DNA of 64,000 nt from Bdellovibrionales bacterium (GTDB lineage: Bacteria > Bdellovibrionota > Bdellovibrionia > Bdellovibrionales > UBA1609), in assembly GCA_965219095.1 (NCBI GenBank), contig CBDCMT010000001.1:2240001-2304000 (forward strand). The letters run 5' to 3'. The notes beneath the pieces are model-generated. The model saw only the letters and a list, made by a program, of their open reading frames with translations, was not told where the DNA came from and ran no database searches. Below are positions 55,301-64,000 of the stretch, in pieces. The position numbers were made by a program, and so were the translations under genes. How positions within the stretch are numbered: the stretch's first letter is position 1; each line of letters begins with the position of its first letter.

Positions 55301-56344
55301 ACCCGAGTTTCGACTTTTTTCAGGGCTAAAGGCTCTAGCTAATATAAACAAATACCTCAGACTTTTGTAAGATTTTCTTGAAAAAGCAACTTACAAGAAA
55401 AAACACCTTGAGAGTTATAAAAAAACATACAAGGAGGTCTAAGATGTTTAATTCTAATTATATCATATCAATTTATGTTCTTGTCGATGATTTTTTAACC
55501 CCTCTCATACAGCAGCATCCAGAACTGGTTCCCAAAAATAAAGGAGGTTTTTCTTGTGCTATGTCTCCCAGCGAAATTGTCACTCTTTATCTTACTTTTC
55601 CAAAGTTCTGGCTTTAGGAATTTTAAAGCCTTTTATCAGTTTGCAGAAATCTATCTTAAACCTTATTTTCCTAAAATGTTGTCTTACTCCCGATTTGTGA
55701 ACATCAAAAAAGACATGGCTTTTTTGATGTTTCTTTTCTCGACAAGCCTTATGAGTAAAACCACCGGCATATCATTTATTGATTCTACATCGATTTTTCT
55801 TCAAAAATAAAAGAATAGGAAGAAATAAGGTGTTCTAAAAGTTAGCTAAAAAGAGGCAAAAGTAGTATGGGCTGGTTCTTCGGATTTAAACTCCATATTG
55901 TTATCAATCACCTAGGAGAACTTTTAAGTTTTACCTTAACTCCGGGAAATGTAAATGATCGAATGCTAAGTTATGGATTTATAGTAAAGGGCTGATGGGA
56001 AAACTCTTTGGGGACAGAGGTTATATTTCATCAGACCTTTTCAAAAAGCTTTTAAAGAAGGGAGTTAAGCTTATTACAAACGTCAAATTAAATATGAAGA
56101 ATAAATTGATTCCCTTATTTGACAAGTTGATGTTGAAAAAACGTTCTGTTGTGGAGGTCAGTGATTGGAGTGTTAAAAGGAGAGTTTCATCTTGAGCATT
56201 CTCGCCATCGTAGCCCACAAAACTTTGTCATCAATCTTTTAGGTACTCTCATCTCTTACTTGCTTAAAACCTAAAAAACCCTCCATTCAACTTAAAACTC
56301 AAAACAGGAGCTTCTGAACAATATATAAAAGTCGAAACTCGGGT
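55301..56344 (+). mobile_element. IS982-family element, full length, multiply frameshifted
   Basis: Same IRs and lesions as 37303-38343; no TSD. Confidence 0.92.
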
Positions 56345-56494
56345 TAGTAGTCTTTTATCAGGAGCTTCTCAAAATTTTAGAAAGTTAATTCTAGAGGTTG
56401 CGTCTTTTTTCGTTTTTTTCACTGAAATGGCTTAAAAGGCCTGTACGCCTTCTTGAAAACTACTGTTTTGTTTAAGTTATGAAAAAATATTTAA

Positions 56495-57883
56495 GAGGAT
56501 GTCCCATTTCTCGGTGGAATTCTGCTCAAAAATGGAGCAGAGTAAGAGGGCTCCCTGGTGGATTTTTAAGTCCACCTAGGGTTTAATAAATATTAGAATG
56601 AATTAAAAACTAAACGAAAGGAGCCCCAAATGAAGAATACAAAAGAAAAAATATCAATTCAAGAACTATCGGATCACAAGGAGATTCAAGATGCTGTTCA
56701 TAACTATATGAAGCATAGAATTCTTGACGTAATCTACCGGATGTTTAATGACGAAGTCACTAAGCTGTGTGGTCCACTATACAATCGAGAGAAAGAATGC
56801 ATGCGAAGTGGAAGCGATCCTGGGTCTGTTTATGCTCAAGGACAAAGAGTTTCAATTCGAAAGCCCAGAGTTAAAAAAGACGGAAAAGATATCAAACTAC
56901 AAACATACTCTGCCTTGAGAAATTACGATGTTTTCACTGAAAAGATTCAAAACCACCTCTTCCATGGAGTTTCAACAAGGGACTACGATCCTCTTTTAGA
57001 GGAGATTTCTGGTGGCACAGGAGTTAAGAAGAGTTCTGTTTCTAGAGCTTTTGTAAATTCCTCTAAGAAGGCTTTAGATGAGATAAGCTCTAAGGACTTG
57101 TCTAAGCATGAGTTTGTTTCAGTCATGATAGATGGAGTAGGCTTTGGAGATCGTACAGTGGTGGTTGCTTTAGGTATCGACGTGACGGGCAAAAAGCACA
57201 TTATAGGGTTACGAGAAGGAACTACAGAAAATTGCGAGCTGACAAAAGATCTTTTAGAGAACCTTGTTTCTAGAGGTTCAGATAAGGGCTATCTTTTTAT
57301 TATTGATGGTTCTAAAGCTCTAAGGAAGGCTATCAAGGCAGTTTGGGGAAAAAAGTCTGTTGTTCAACGTTGCATTCGTCACAAAGAAAGAAATATCCTC
57401 AATTATTTGCCAAAAGAAAGACATCAAGAGTTTCGCATTCGTTGGAAAAGACTTCATGGTTCAGTAGATTATGAATCGGCTTTGAAAGAGCATGAGGAGT
57501 TAGTTTGTTGGTTGAAACAGATCAACCATTCAGCTTTAGAATCTCTTGAAGAAGCTTGTAAGGAGACTTTGACTGTGATTCGTCTTAAAGCTACCCCCTC
57601 CTTAAAAAAGACTTTACTGTCTACAAATCCTATAGAGTCCATGTTTTCCTACACAAGGTATAGAACAGGGAGAGTTAAGAACTGGAAAAGAGGAGCAGAC
57701 CAAGTGAGTCGTTGGGCTGCTGTTACTCTCTTTGATGCTGAGAAAAGATTTAAACGAATCAGAGGCTTTATGTATTTAAAAAACTTTAAAGAAAACTTAG
57801 AAAAAATGGTTGCAAAACAAAGAAAGGTCGCTTAAACATGAAATCGCCCTCTAACTAATTCCACCGAGAAATGGGACATCCTC
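56495..57883 (+). mobile_element. IS256-family element, intact (1389 bp)
   Basis: 27-bp perfect IRs GAGGATGTCCCATTTCTCGGTGGAATT; 8-bp TSD ATATTTAA/ATGTTTAA. Confidence 0.94.
56630..57835 (+). CDS. IS256/Mutator-family transposase
   Basis: GVSTR, MIDG, IIDG, QRCIRHK, STNPIES. Confidence 0.94.
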   Translation: MKNTKEKISIQELSDHKEIQDAVHNYMKHRILDVIYRMFNDEVTKLCGPLYNREKECMRSGSDPGSVYAQGQRVSIRKPRVKKDGKDIKLQTYSALRNYDVFTEKIQNHLFHGVSTRDYDPLLEEISGGTGVKKSSVSRAFVNSSKKALDEISSKDLSKHEFVSVMIDGVGFGDRTVVVALGIDVTGKKHIIGLREGTTENCELTKDLLENLVSRGSDKGYLFIIDGSKALRKAIKAVWGKKSVVQRCIRHKERNILNYLPKERHQEFRIRWKRLHGSVDYESALKEHEELVCWLKQINHSALESLEEACKETLTVIRLKATPSLKKTLLSTNPIESMFSYTRYRTGRVKNWKRGADQVSRWAAVTLFDAEKRFKRIRGFMYLKNFKENLEKMVAKQRKVA

Positions 57884-58009
57884 ATGTTTAATCCTCTATA
57901 GTAGAAAGTAACAGGGATAAAGATCATACAGCATAAAAATCCTAGGCTTTTATCAATTTTTCACGTTCGACTAGTTAAGCTTAGAGGCTTAGTATGCAAC
58001 AAAGCTGTT

Positions 58010-59653
58010 TTAAACTACAGCTTCTTCAATTAAGTTTTTTGTTTGTAAGTCTTTGTTTTTTAACCTCTCAATATTTTCTAAAAGTTCTTTATTATGTGAT
58101 GAAATTTCTAAAAGTTCTACAGCTAAAAGCCAATGATCTTTGTATGTTTCTAAATGTGTTTTCAGAACATGGTGATAGTCTTCAAAAGAAAAGAAGTTAT
58201 TTTTTTGTTTTTGCAAACGCAAATCTCTTAAAACTTTGAAAGCTTCATTAAGCGTGCTTGAGGTTCTAGGCTTAATAGGAATTTCTACGGGTTTAAAAGA
58301 ATCAGATGAAGTTGAAAGGTCTAATTGGTAGCTTGTACCTCCCATGACAGAGGGGATGTGACAGCCCGCAAGAGCTAAATCAAAAAGACCCCACTTAGGA
58401 CGAAAAAGAAACTCATTTTGATAAGTAAGACTAGCATTTTCAAAAGTAAGAAGAATAGGGTTGTTGTTTTTGGATAAGACATTTTTTAATAAACCTTTGA
58501 TCTGAACTCCTGAGGCATAATTAAGTTGTGTAAATTCCCCTAATTTTAATTCTCCTGTTCTTTCACCTAGTGGTGTGCTATAGCCTTCTTTGTGAAAATC
58601 CATACCATGTCCTTCTAAAGGTTCTCCTTGATAGGATAACTTACAAGGGCCTTCAAACTTTAAGAAAATAGGTTTTTTTCTTTTACAAAATTTTATATCA
58701 GTTAATTGACCTGAAATCTCTAAACCACTATCCAATTCGACAGTGTTTTTTGTTTGAGAACGGAGAGCTTCTTTGAGTCCTTTATTTCCTCCTACTTTAA
58801 AAGACATCTGAGCTTCCATTTCATAAAGAACTTCATTTAAATGCAAAAAATCATGTGCAATAAAAAGTTGAGGTTGCGGTCTTGTGATATCGTAGCTGTA
58901 CTGAAGACAGTTTTTGGTTAAGGGAATTTTTTTAGGTTTTGAAAGACAGTATTTTGATTCTTCTAAGGACGAAAGCAGGCCTGCACCAAAAATACGAGGA
59001 GGACTGCCAATCAGTCCGTATTCAACAGTCCACCAGTTCATGCGAGACAAAAAACTTGCTTCTGATGTATAACGTTGAGAGGCTTCAATTTTTTTTAAAC
59101 GCCTTTCACTGTCTTTGATCTCATCTTTAGTAGCCTTAGGGTTTTCTTTCAAATCACTAAGGCGACGGATTATGATATAAGCCTCTAGATCCTCTTTTGC
59201 AAAAATAGATTTTACGGCTATCTCTCCATAGTTTTTCAAATACTGAGAAAAATCGGCATTCACTAACATAGGAGCATGTCCTGCAGCTTCATGAATGATA
59301 TCAGGAGCAGGAGTGTACAAAATATGTTCAAGGCTTCTAAGCTCTCTTGCAATAGGTAAAATTCCAAGAGATTGGAATTCCATAAACACCATAGGAGGGA
59401 TAAAACCGCTGATAGGAATCGCCCTCCAGCCTAATAAAGAAAGTTTGTGATCCATTTCCTCTATTTTAGGAATTTTATCGATAGTGACTCCGGTTTTGTC
59501 TAAACCTTCAAGATAAGAAGAATGGGCTTGGTGTTTGAGAAAAGCTTTTAGGTTCCTCATAACGTAACGCCAAAGAGAATGATCTTCTTCTGTATAAAGG
59601 TTGTGCTTTTGTTCAAAAACATAAGGTTTTAAGTGCTCTGGTATAAAGTCCAT
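58010..59653 (-). CDS. phhA: Aromatic amino acid hydroxylase (phenylalanine 4-monooxygenase, long form)
   Basis: YTPAPDIIHEAAGH, WWTVEYGL, GAGLLSSLEE, YDITRPQPQLF. Confidence 0.88.
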   Translation of the reverse strand: MDFIPEHLKPYVFEQKHNLYTEEDHSLWRYVMRNLKAFLKHQAHSSYLEGLDKTGVTIDKIPKIEEMDHKLSLLGWRAIPISGFIPPMVFMEFQSLGILPIARELRSLEHILYTPAPDIIHEAAGHAPMLVNADFSQYLKNYGEIAVKSIFAKEDLEAYIIIRRLSDLKENPKATKDEIKDSERRLKKIEASQRYTSEASFLSRMNWWTVEYGLIGSPPRIFGAGLLSSLEESKYCLSKPKKIPLTKNCLQYSYDITRPQPQLFIAHDFLHLNEVLYEMEAQMSFKVGGNKGLKEALRSQTKNTVELDSGLEISGQLTDIKFCKRKKPIFLKFEGPCKLSYQGEPLEGHGMDFHKEGYSTPLGERTGELKLGEFTQLNYASGVQIKGLLKNVLSKNNNPILLTFENASLTYQNEFLFRPKWGLFDLALAGCHIPSVMGGTSYQLDLSTSSDSFKPVEIPIKPRTSSTLNEAFKVLRDLRLQKQKNNFFSFEDYHHVLKTHLETYKDHWLLAVELLEISSHNKELLENIERLKNKDLQTKNLIEEAVV

Positions 59654-59710
59654 GGCTTTATTTTAAAGGATAGAGAAGTGTTTTTTCAATCTTTTTATGA
59701 AAAGAAAGGT

Positions 59711-60727
59711 TCATTCCATGATTTTAACAGCAATAAGACCTTCTTCAGGGCTTGAAAAGTGAGGAGTTTGCCCTCTGTAAAGAGAGGCCCCTACTAGTTG
59801 AATGGTTTTATCATAAGTAAAAAAACGAAGCTCATACTTTATCCCCCCCTCAAGCTTGTCAGCAATGACGCATTGTTGAGCTAAAAAACTTTTTTCATCA
59901 AGAGATTCAAAGCGTTTTATGGAAATACTTTTTCCGCTCACAGCTCCTTTTGCACCGTGAGAGTTGTAAGGTTTAAAGAACCACTTTTTTCTTTCTTGCT
60001 TTGACATATTTTTTTTCAAATCAGATAGAGAATAACAGGGCAGAAGAATTTCATCAAATTCTGGAAACTCTTTATACCATTTTATCATCAAACTTTTGTC
60101 AGCTAATTTTTCATAAGTATCGGGATTAGGAGTGACACATATTTTTTTATCTTGAAAGATCTTTTTTAAAACATAAGATGTGTTCTTTTTTAAGAAAAAA
60201 TCACATGTCCTATTATAAATCAAATCAGATGAGTATGTCTTCTTTAGAGCTTTTAGATCCATAAGCTCACAGTCTACATGAAACGACTTAAAAAAATCTT
60301 TGTATTGGTAAAACTCCTGAAGGTTTTTTTGCTTTAAGATGTCTTCGTCAACAAGACTTACTTTTTTAAGTTGTTTTTTGTTTGAAATTTTTTCAAACTC
60401 CTTTGTAAAACTTAAAAAAAGACTTCCTTTAGCATCTTGAAATTGATCAATTTGATGAAGTTCTTTCAAAGCGTTGATCCAGAAAAAGCCTGATGCGTTA
60501 GTGTTGACCTCAATTAATTTCAACTGCTTGTCTTTGGTTACAAGAAAATCATAACAACACAGAACTGAGGGAGGAGGAGAAAGCTTTGTCTCTAAGTTTT
60601 GTATAAAGTCTTGAGCTTTTTTAAAAAGTTTTTTTTCTATAGCAAGAAAGCCTTTTGATGAAAGAAGGGAGCTATTGCATTGCAATAAAGACTTTCTTTT
60701 GAAACGGGTTTCTTTTAAAGTAACCAT
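59711..60727 (-). CDS. ATP-grasp-fold hypothetical protein
   Basis: YDF...LKLIEVNTN, IYNR, LADK, FFKPYNSHGAKG motifs in circularly permuted ATP-grasp order. Confidence 0.65.
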   Translation of the reverse strand: MVTLKETRFKRKSLLQCNSSLLSSKGFLAIEKKLFKKAQDFIQNLETKLSPPPSVLCCYDFLVTKDKQLKLIEVNTNASGFFWINALKELHQIDQFQDAKGSLFLSFTKEFEKISNKKQLKKVSLVDEDILKQKNLQEFYQYKDFFKSFHVDCELMDLKALKKTYSSDLIYNRTCDFFLKKNTSYVLKKIFQDKKICVTPNPDTYEKLADKSLMIKWYKEFPEFDEILLPCYSLSDLKKNMSKQERKKWFFKPYNSHGAKGAVSGKSISIKRFESLDEKSFLAQQCVIADKLEGGIKYELRFFTYDKTIQLVGASLYRGQTPHFSSPEEGLIAVKIME

Positions 60728-60738
60728 GGAGTTTTAGT

Positions 60739-61518
60739 TTGAAGTTAATTTCTTGGAACGTCAATGGTATAAGAGCCGCTTCTGACAAAGGGCTTTTAGA
60801 ATTTCTTAAAAAAGAAAAGCCTGATATTTGTTGTCTTCAAGAAACCAAAGCACATCCAGAACAATTGGATCAAAAACTTCTTACTTCTCTTAGTTTAGGT
60901 GGTCCTATGTACTTTTCATCAGCTTATAAAAAAGGTTATTCAGGAGTGACAACTTTGTTATCTTCAAAAATTCCTAAACCTCAAAAAATAAGCTGTGAAA
61001 TAGGTATAAGAGCTTATGATCGTGAAGGGAGATTTGTGATTACAGATCACAAAGCTTTCAAACTTTATAACATTTATTTTCCTAATGGGGGTATGGGATA
61101 TGAAAGGCATTTTTTTAAACAGAGGTTTTTACAAAACTTAAAGCTCCATTTGAAAAAAGAAAAAACAAAAAAGCCTCTTGTTATTGTAGGAGACTACAAC
61201 GTAGCTTATGAAGATCAAGATGTTTATGATCCCCAAGCCTTGGGCCAAACTAGCGGGTTTTTACCCGAAGAAAGACAATGGTTTAAAAGCTTTTTAGACT
61301 TGGGTTTTGTAGATATTTTTCGTCATTTTTACCCTAAAAAGCAAACTTTTACATGGTGGTCTTATAGGGAAAGAGCAAGGAGGGATAATAGGGGCTGGAG
61401 GATTGACTTTATTTGTGTTACAAAGGACTTTTTGAAAAAAGTTGAAAATATTGAAATTTTTGAATCTCAAGAAGGCTCTGATCATTGTCCCCTTGGGGTA
61501 AAGCTGAAAGGAGTTTAA
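60739..61518 (+). CDS. xth: Exodeoxyribonuclease III
   Basis: SWNVNGIR, LQETK, GDYNVA, GWRIDF, GSDHCP. Confidence 0.96.
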   Translation: MKLISWNVNGIRAASDKGLLEFLKKEKPDICCLQETKAHPEQLDQKLLTSLSLGGPMYFSSAYKKGYSGVTTLLSSKIPKPQKISCEIGIRAYDREGRFVITDHKAFKLYNIYFPNGGMGYERHFFKQRFLQNLKLHLKKEKTKKPLVIVGDYNVAYEDQDVYDPQALGQTSGFLPEERQWFKSFLDLGFVDIFRHFYPKKQTFTWWSYRERARRDNRGWRIDFICVTKDFLKKVENIEIFESQEGSDHCPLGVKLKGV

Positions 61519-61519
61519 G

Positions 61520-62017
61520 TTGTTTTTTGTTTTGTTATTTTTATTTACTGTTTTACCGGCTATAGAGCTGATTGTGCTTTTCAATCTAAGTCAGGTTATG
61601 GGGTTTTTTAACACTATACTTCTTATCTTATTCACAGGTATTGTGGGAGTGTTTTTTGTGAGACAACAAGGGCTTGAATTTTATTTAAAACTAAGATCTT
61701 CTTTGATTTCAGGAAAAGATCCAGGAGAAGCTTTGTTAAATGGGTTTTTTATCCTTCTAGGAGGAGTGTTGTTGATCACTCCAGGTTTGATTACAGACCT
61801 TTGGGGCTTTTTTATGTTGATGGAGTTTTCACGAAACTTTTTTGTTTATCTTTTTAAGAAGATAATAAAAGAGAAAATCAAAAAAGAAGGAGTTAAGGTT
61901 TATACTCATAACATTTCTTTTGATCATAATTTTGATTCCTTTCAAAACCATGCTGATGAAGAGGAAAGAAGTTCCCATAACATTATTGATTTAAATGAAA
62001 GAAAAAACTCTGATTGA
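61520..62017 (+). CDS. fxsA: FxsA family membrane protein
   Basis: LPAIEL, LILFTGIVG..RQQG, GGVLLITPGLITD. Confidence 0.92.
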   Translation: MFFVLLFLFTVLPAIELIVLFNLSQVMGFFNTILLILFTGIVGVFFVRQQGLEFYLKLRSSLISGKDPGEALLNGFFILLGGVLLITPGLITDLWGFFMLMEFSRNFFVYLFKKIIKEKIKKEGVKVYTHNISFDHNFDSFQNHADEEERSSHNIIDLNERKNSD

Positions 62018-62021
62018 CCTT

Positions 62022-62209
62022 TTAGTTGATGATAGTAAGAACGTAATAAACATAAGAAGCTAAAGAAACAGAACCGAGAGTTAAGCTTACCATCTTTTTT
62101 TCAATGAATTTGTTAGCAATTAAAATGGAAAAAATAAAAAGCAAAGTGCTGAAAGCAAGCCAAATCAAGTCATAATATAACAAGGGGTTTTTAAGAATAA
62201 AAGCTTTCT
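62022..62209 (-). pseudogene. 3' end of a membrane-protein gene cut by the IS1634 right end
   Basis: Two hydrophobic helices; frame fused to IS sequence at 62210. Confidence 0.5.
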
Positions 62210-64000
62210 CCTGACTTCGACACAACACACTGCAACAAGTGAATAATTTCAAATAGTTACAATTTTTGGGGCCACAGGAAAGGGTTTTTTAAAGGTCGAC
62301 AGATGTTGTGGGAATGAGGCTCATAGAAGAGTTTCTTTTAAGCGAAAAAGCACTATAAATTTCTTCTACTTCCTTTGTACAACCTGAGGGAAGGCGATAA
62401 AGTTTTTTCGTCTTTTTTTCTTCTAAAATACTGTACTGATCTCTTTTTAAGATCTTTCTCATTCTTTCAAAGCTTAAATTAAGTCCTGCTTGTTTGAGTT
62501 TATAAACCATTGTGTAAGAGATCGCATAGGCTAAAAAACAAATGGCAATGTGAGTTTCTATTCTTCTTTTTTTCCAATGATAAACAGGCCTCATCTTTAA
62601 CGTCGTCTTATTCACTCTAAAAGCCTCTTCTATTCTCCAAAGACTTCTGTAACGACTTAAAAGCTCACTGGCTGTCTTGTTTTGAACATTTGTTATAATT
62701 CCATGAAGACCGTCCCACAAAGCTTCTTTTTCCATTTTCTCCTCATCTATGGTCACTTTCACATCGTCAACTTTAATAAAACGTTTGGTTCCATGATTGG
62801 AGATCAACTGACTCACAGGAATCTCCTTGTTTCTTACTTTCTTCATCAAACGATTGATCAAACGCTCTCTTTGATTTTGATCTCTTTTGGCTCTTTTGTT
62901 TGAATAACTGACTATCAATCTTTTTCCTTCATGCTCTAGCTCTTTCACCCAAAAAAGATGAGACGTATCACAAGCCACTTGGGTGGGCTTATAGTTTTTA
63001 TAACTTAAAACCTCTTCTTTTTTCTTGCTAGAAAGGGATTTTAACTTTGCAGCCACAACATACTCTATCCCCATCTTATCCATAGTCTCTAAATTCTTTC
63101 TTACAAACATAGCTCTATCAGCTACTAAAACAGCTCTTCTTACATTAAAACGAGTCTTTAGCTTATTTATAGATTCTACCAGTGTAGCCCCCTCACTTGT
63201 ATTGCCCGGAAAAAGTTCATAGCTTATTTGAAATAAAATAATCTGTAAGGATCTCCTCCCTCAAGAGTACAGTCAACAGCTCTCACTTCGTTTTCATTTA
63301 CAAAAACCTTACAAGTTAATTTTAGTATTGACTCATTTTCTTTTCCGGGAAGCCCTATAAAAATTTCTACTCCAGCGTCTCCTCTAGGACCTAAAAAAGG
63401 GCCGATAACTGTACATTTATTATTATTCATAGAGGTCAAACCCTTATTTTTCTGTTTATCCATTTTCAAGTTTCTCATCTTCAATATCTGTATTGACTTG
63501 AATCCAAAGTGGTAAATGATCTGACATAGGATGCCCTTGTGAGTTTGTCATAAGTGCCAAAACAACCTGTGTCTCTTTAAATTTACAATCTTTACTAAAA
63601 CCAAACCTGCGAATCTCATCCTCTGAAAAGCTCTCAAAATACAAGGTCGTCACATCATAAAGCAAAACATCCACCTCATGGTTAAACAAAGACAAGGTGT
63701 TCTCAGATACCTTTTTCTTCGAGGTCTCAATAAAAGGATAAAAACGATCCATAGCCCTATAAACTTTCTCTAAAGGAATCTGTCGGTTAAAATCTTCAAA
63801 AAGTGTTTCTACACTACCTCTTTTTGATTCTGGATTAAAAACTCTTGATAAAACACAGTGCTTTAAAATATCATTCCACTCTAAATCTTTCTTTGTACCC
63901 TCAATCAAATTTCCAAAACCTAACTCAGCATAAAGCTCATTAAAAACTTTCTCAATACCACAAACAACACGCTTTTTCTCCTCTAAAATACTGCCTGAAA
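62210..64000 (-). mobile_element. IS1634-family element type D (runs off window); transposase disrupted by a 300-bp insert
   Basis: YDVTTLYFE, GFSKD, VADRAM, YRSLWRIEEAFRVNK..RPVYHW; probable terminus CCTGACTTC at 62210. Confidence 0.88.
63228..63527 (-). other. 300-bp non-IS insertion carrying two gene fragments
   Basis: Removing it restores GHP-ISYELFPGN; encodes MSDHLPLWIQVNTD (EEP-nuclease-like C-terminus) and the start of a second ORF. Confidence 0.8.

Larger units (their letters stand above)
56348..57971 (+). mobile_element. IS5 right-end remnant split by IS256
   Basis: Collinear with 50523-50748, ending TTTTTCACGTTCGAC. Confidence 0.85.

Noticed and set aside
63516..63526. 11-bp match TGTCAGATCAT between the 300-bp insert and the unassigned repeat at 35.3/55.1 kb
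   Set aside because: Short, noticed post hoc, and explained by the SDH coding motif; treated as coincidence

Overview
AT-rich (roughly one-third GC by eye) bacterial chromosome segment. Gene content and order point to a Bdellovibrionota-like organism (inference): sucCD-ndk, proC-yggS-maf back-to-back with a tadC/DUF192/FHA cluster, an ATP synthase operon b'-b-delta-alpha-gamma-beta-epsilon without atpB/atpE, and a long-form aromatic amino acid hydroxylase. Blocks of intact housekeeping genes alternate with six IS 'graveyards' totalling about 30 kb (~47% of the window). These hold at least ten IS families: ISL3, IS1634 (several types), IS66, IS982, ISAzo13, IS630, IS110, IS3, IS5 and IS256. 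Terminal inverted repeats and target-site duplications let most insertions be ordered, including a six-element nest up to four levels deep at 47.4-55.1 kb. The most interesting non-IS features are a Kil/Tad-like FHA signalling cluster ending in an apparent PP2C pseudo-phosphatase, and a coupled operon of three secreted paralogues with a BPI/LBP (TULIP)-like pattern. Unusual IS-related features include an IS1634-derived MITE with 178-bp flanking direct repeats, a structured ISL3 leader with an antisense terminator, and a clean 300-bp non-IS insertion inside a transposase. No rRNA, tRNA or CRISPR array was seen. All family assignments are by motif recognition; no searches were run.
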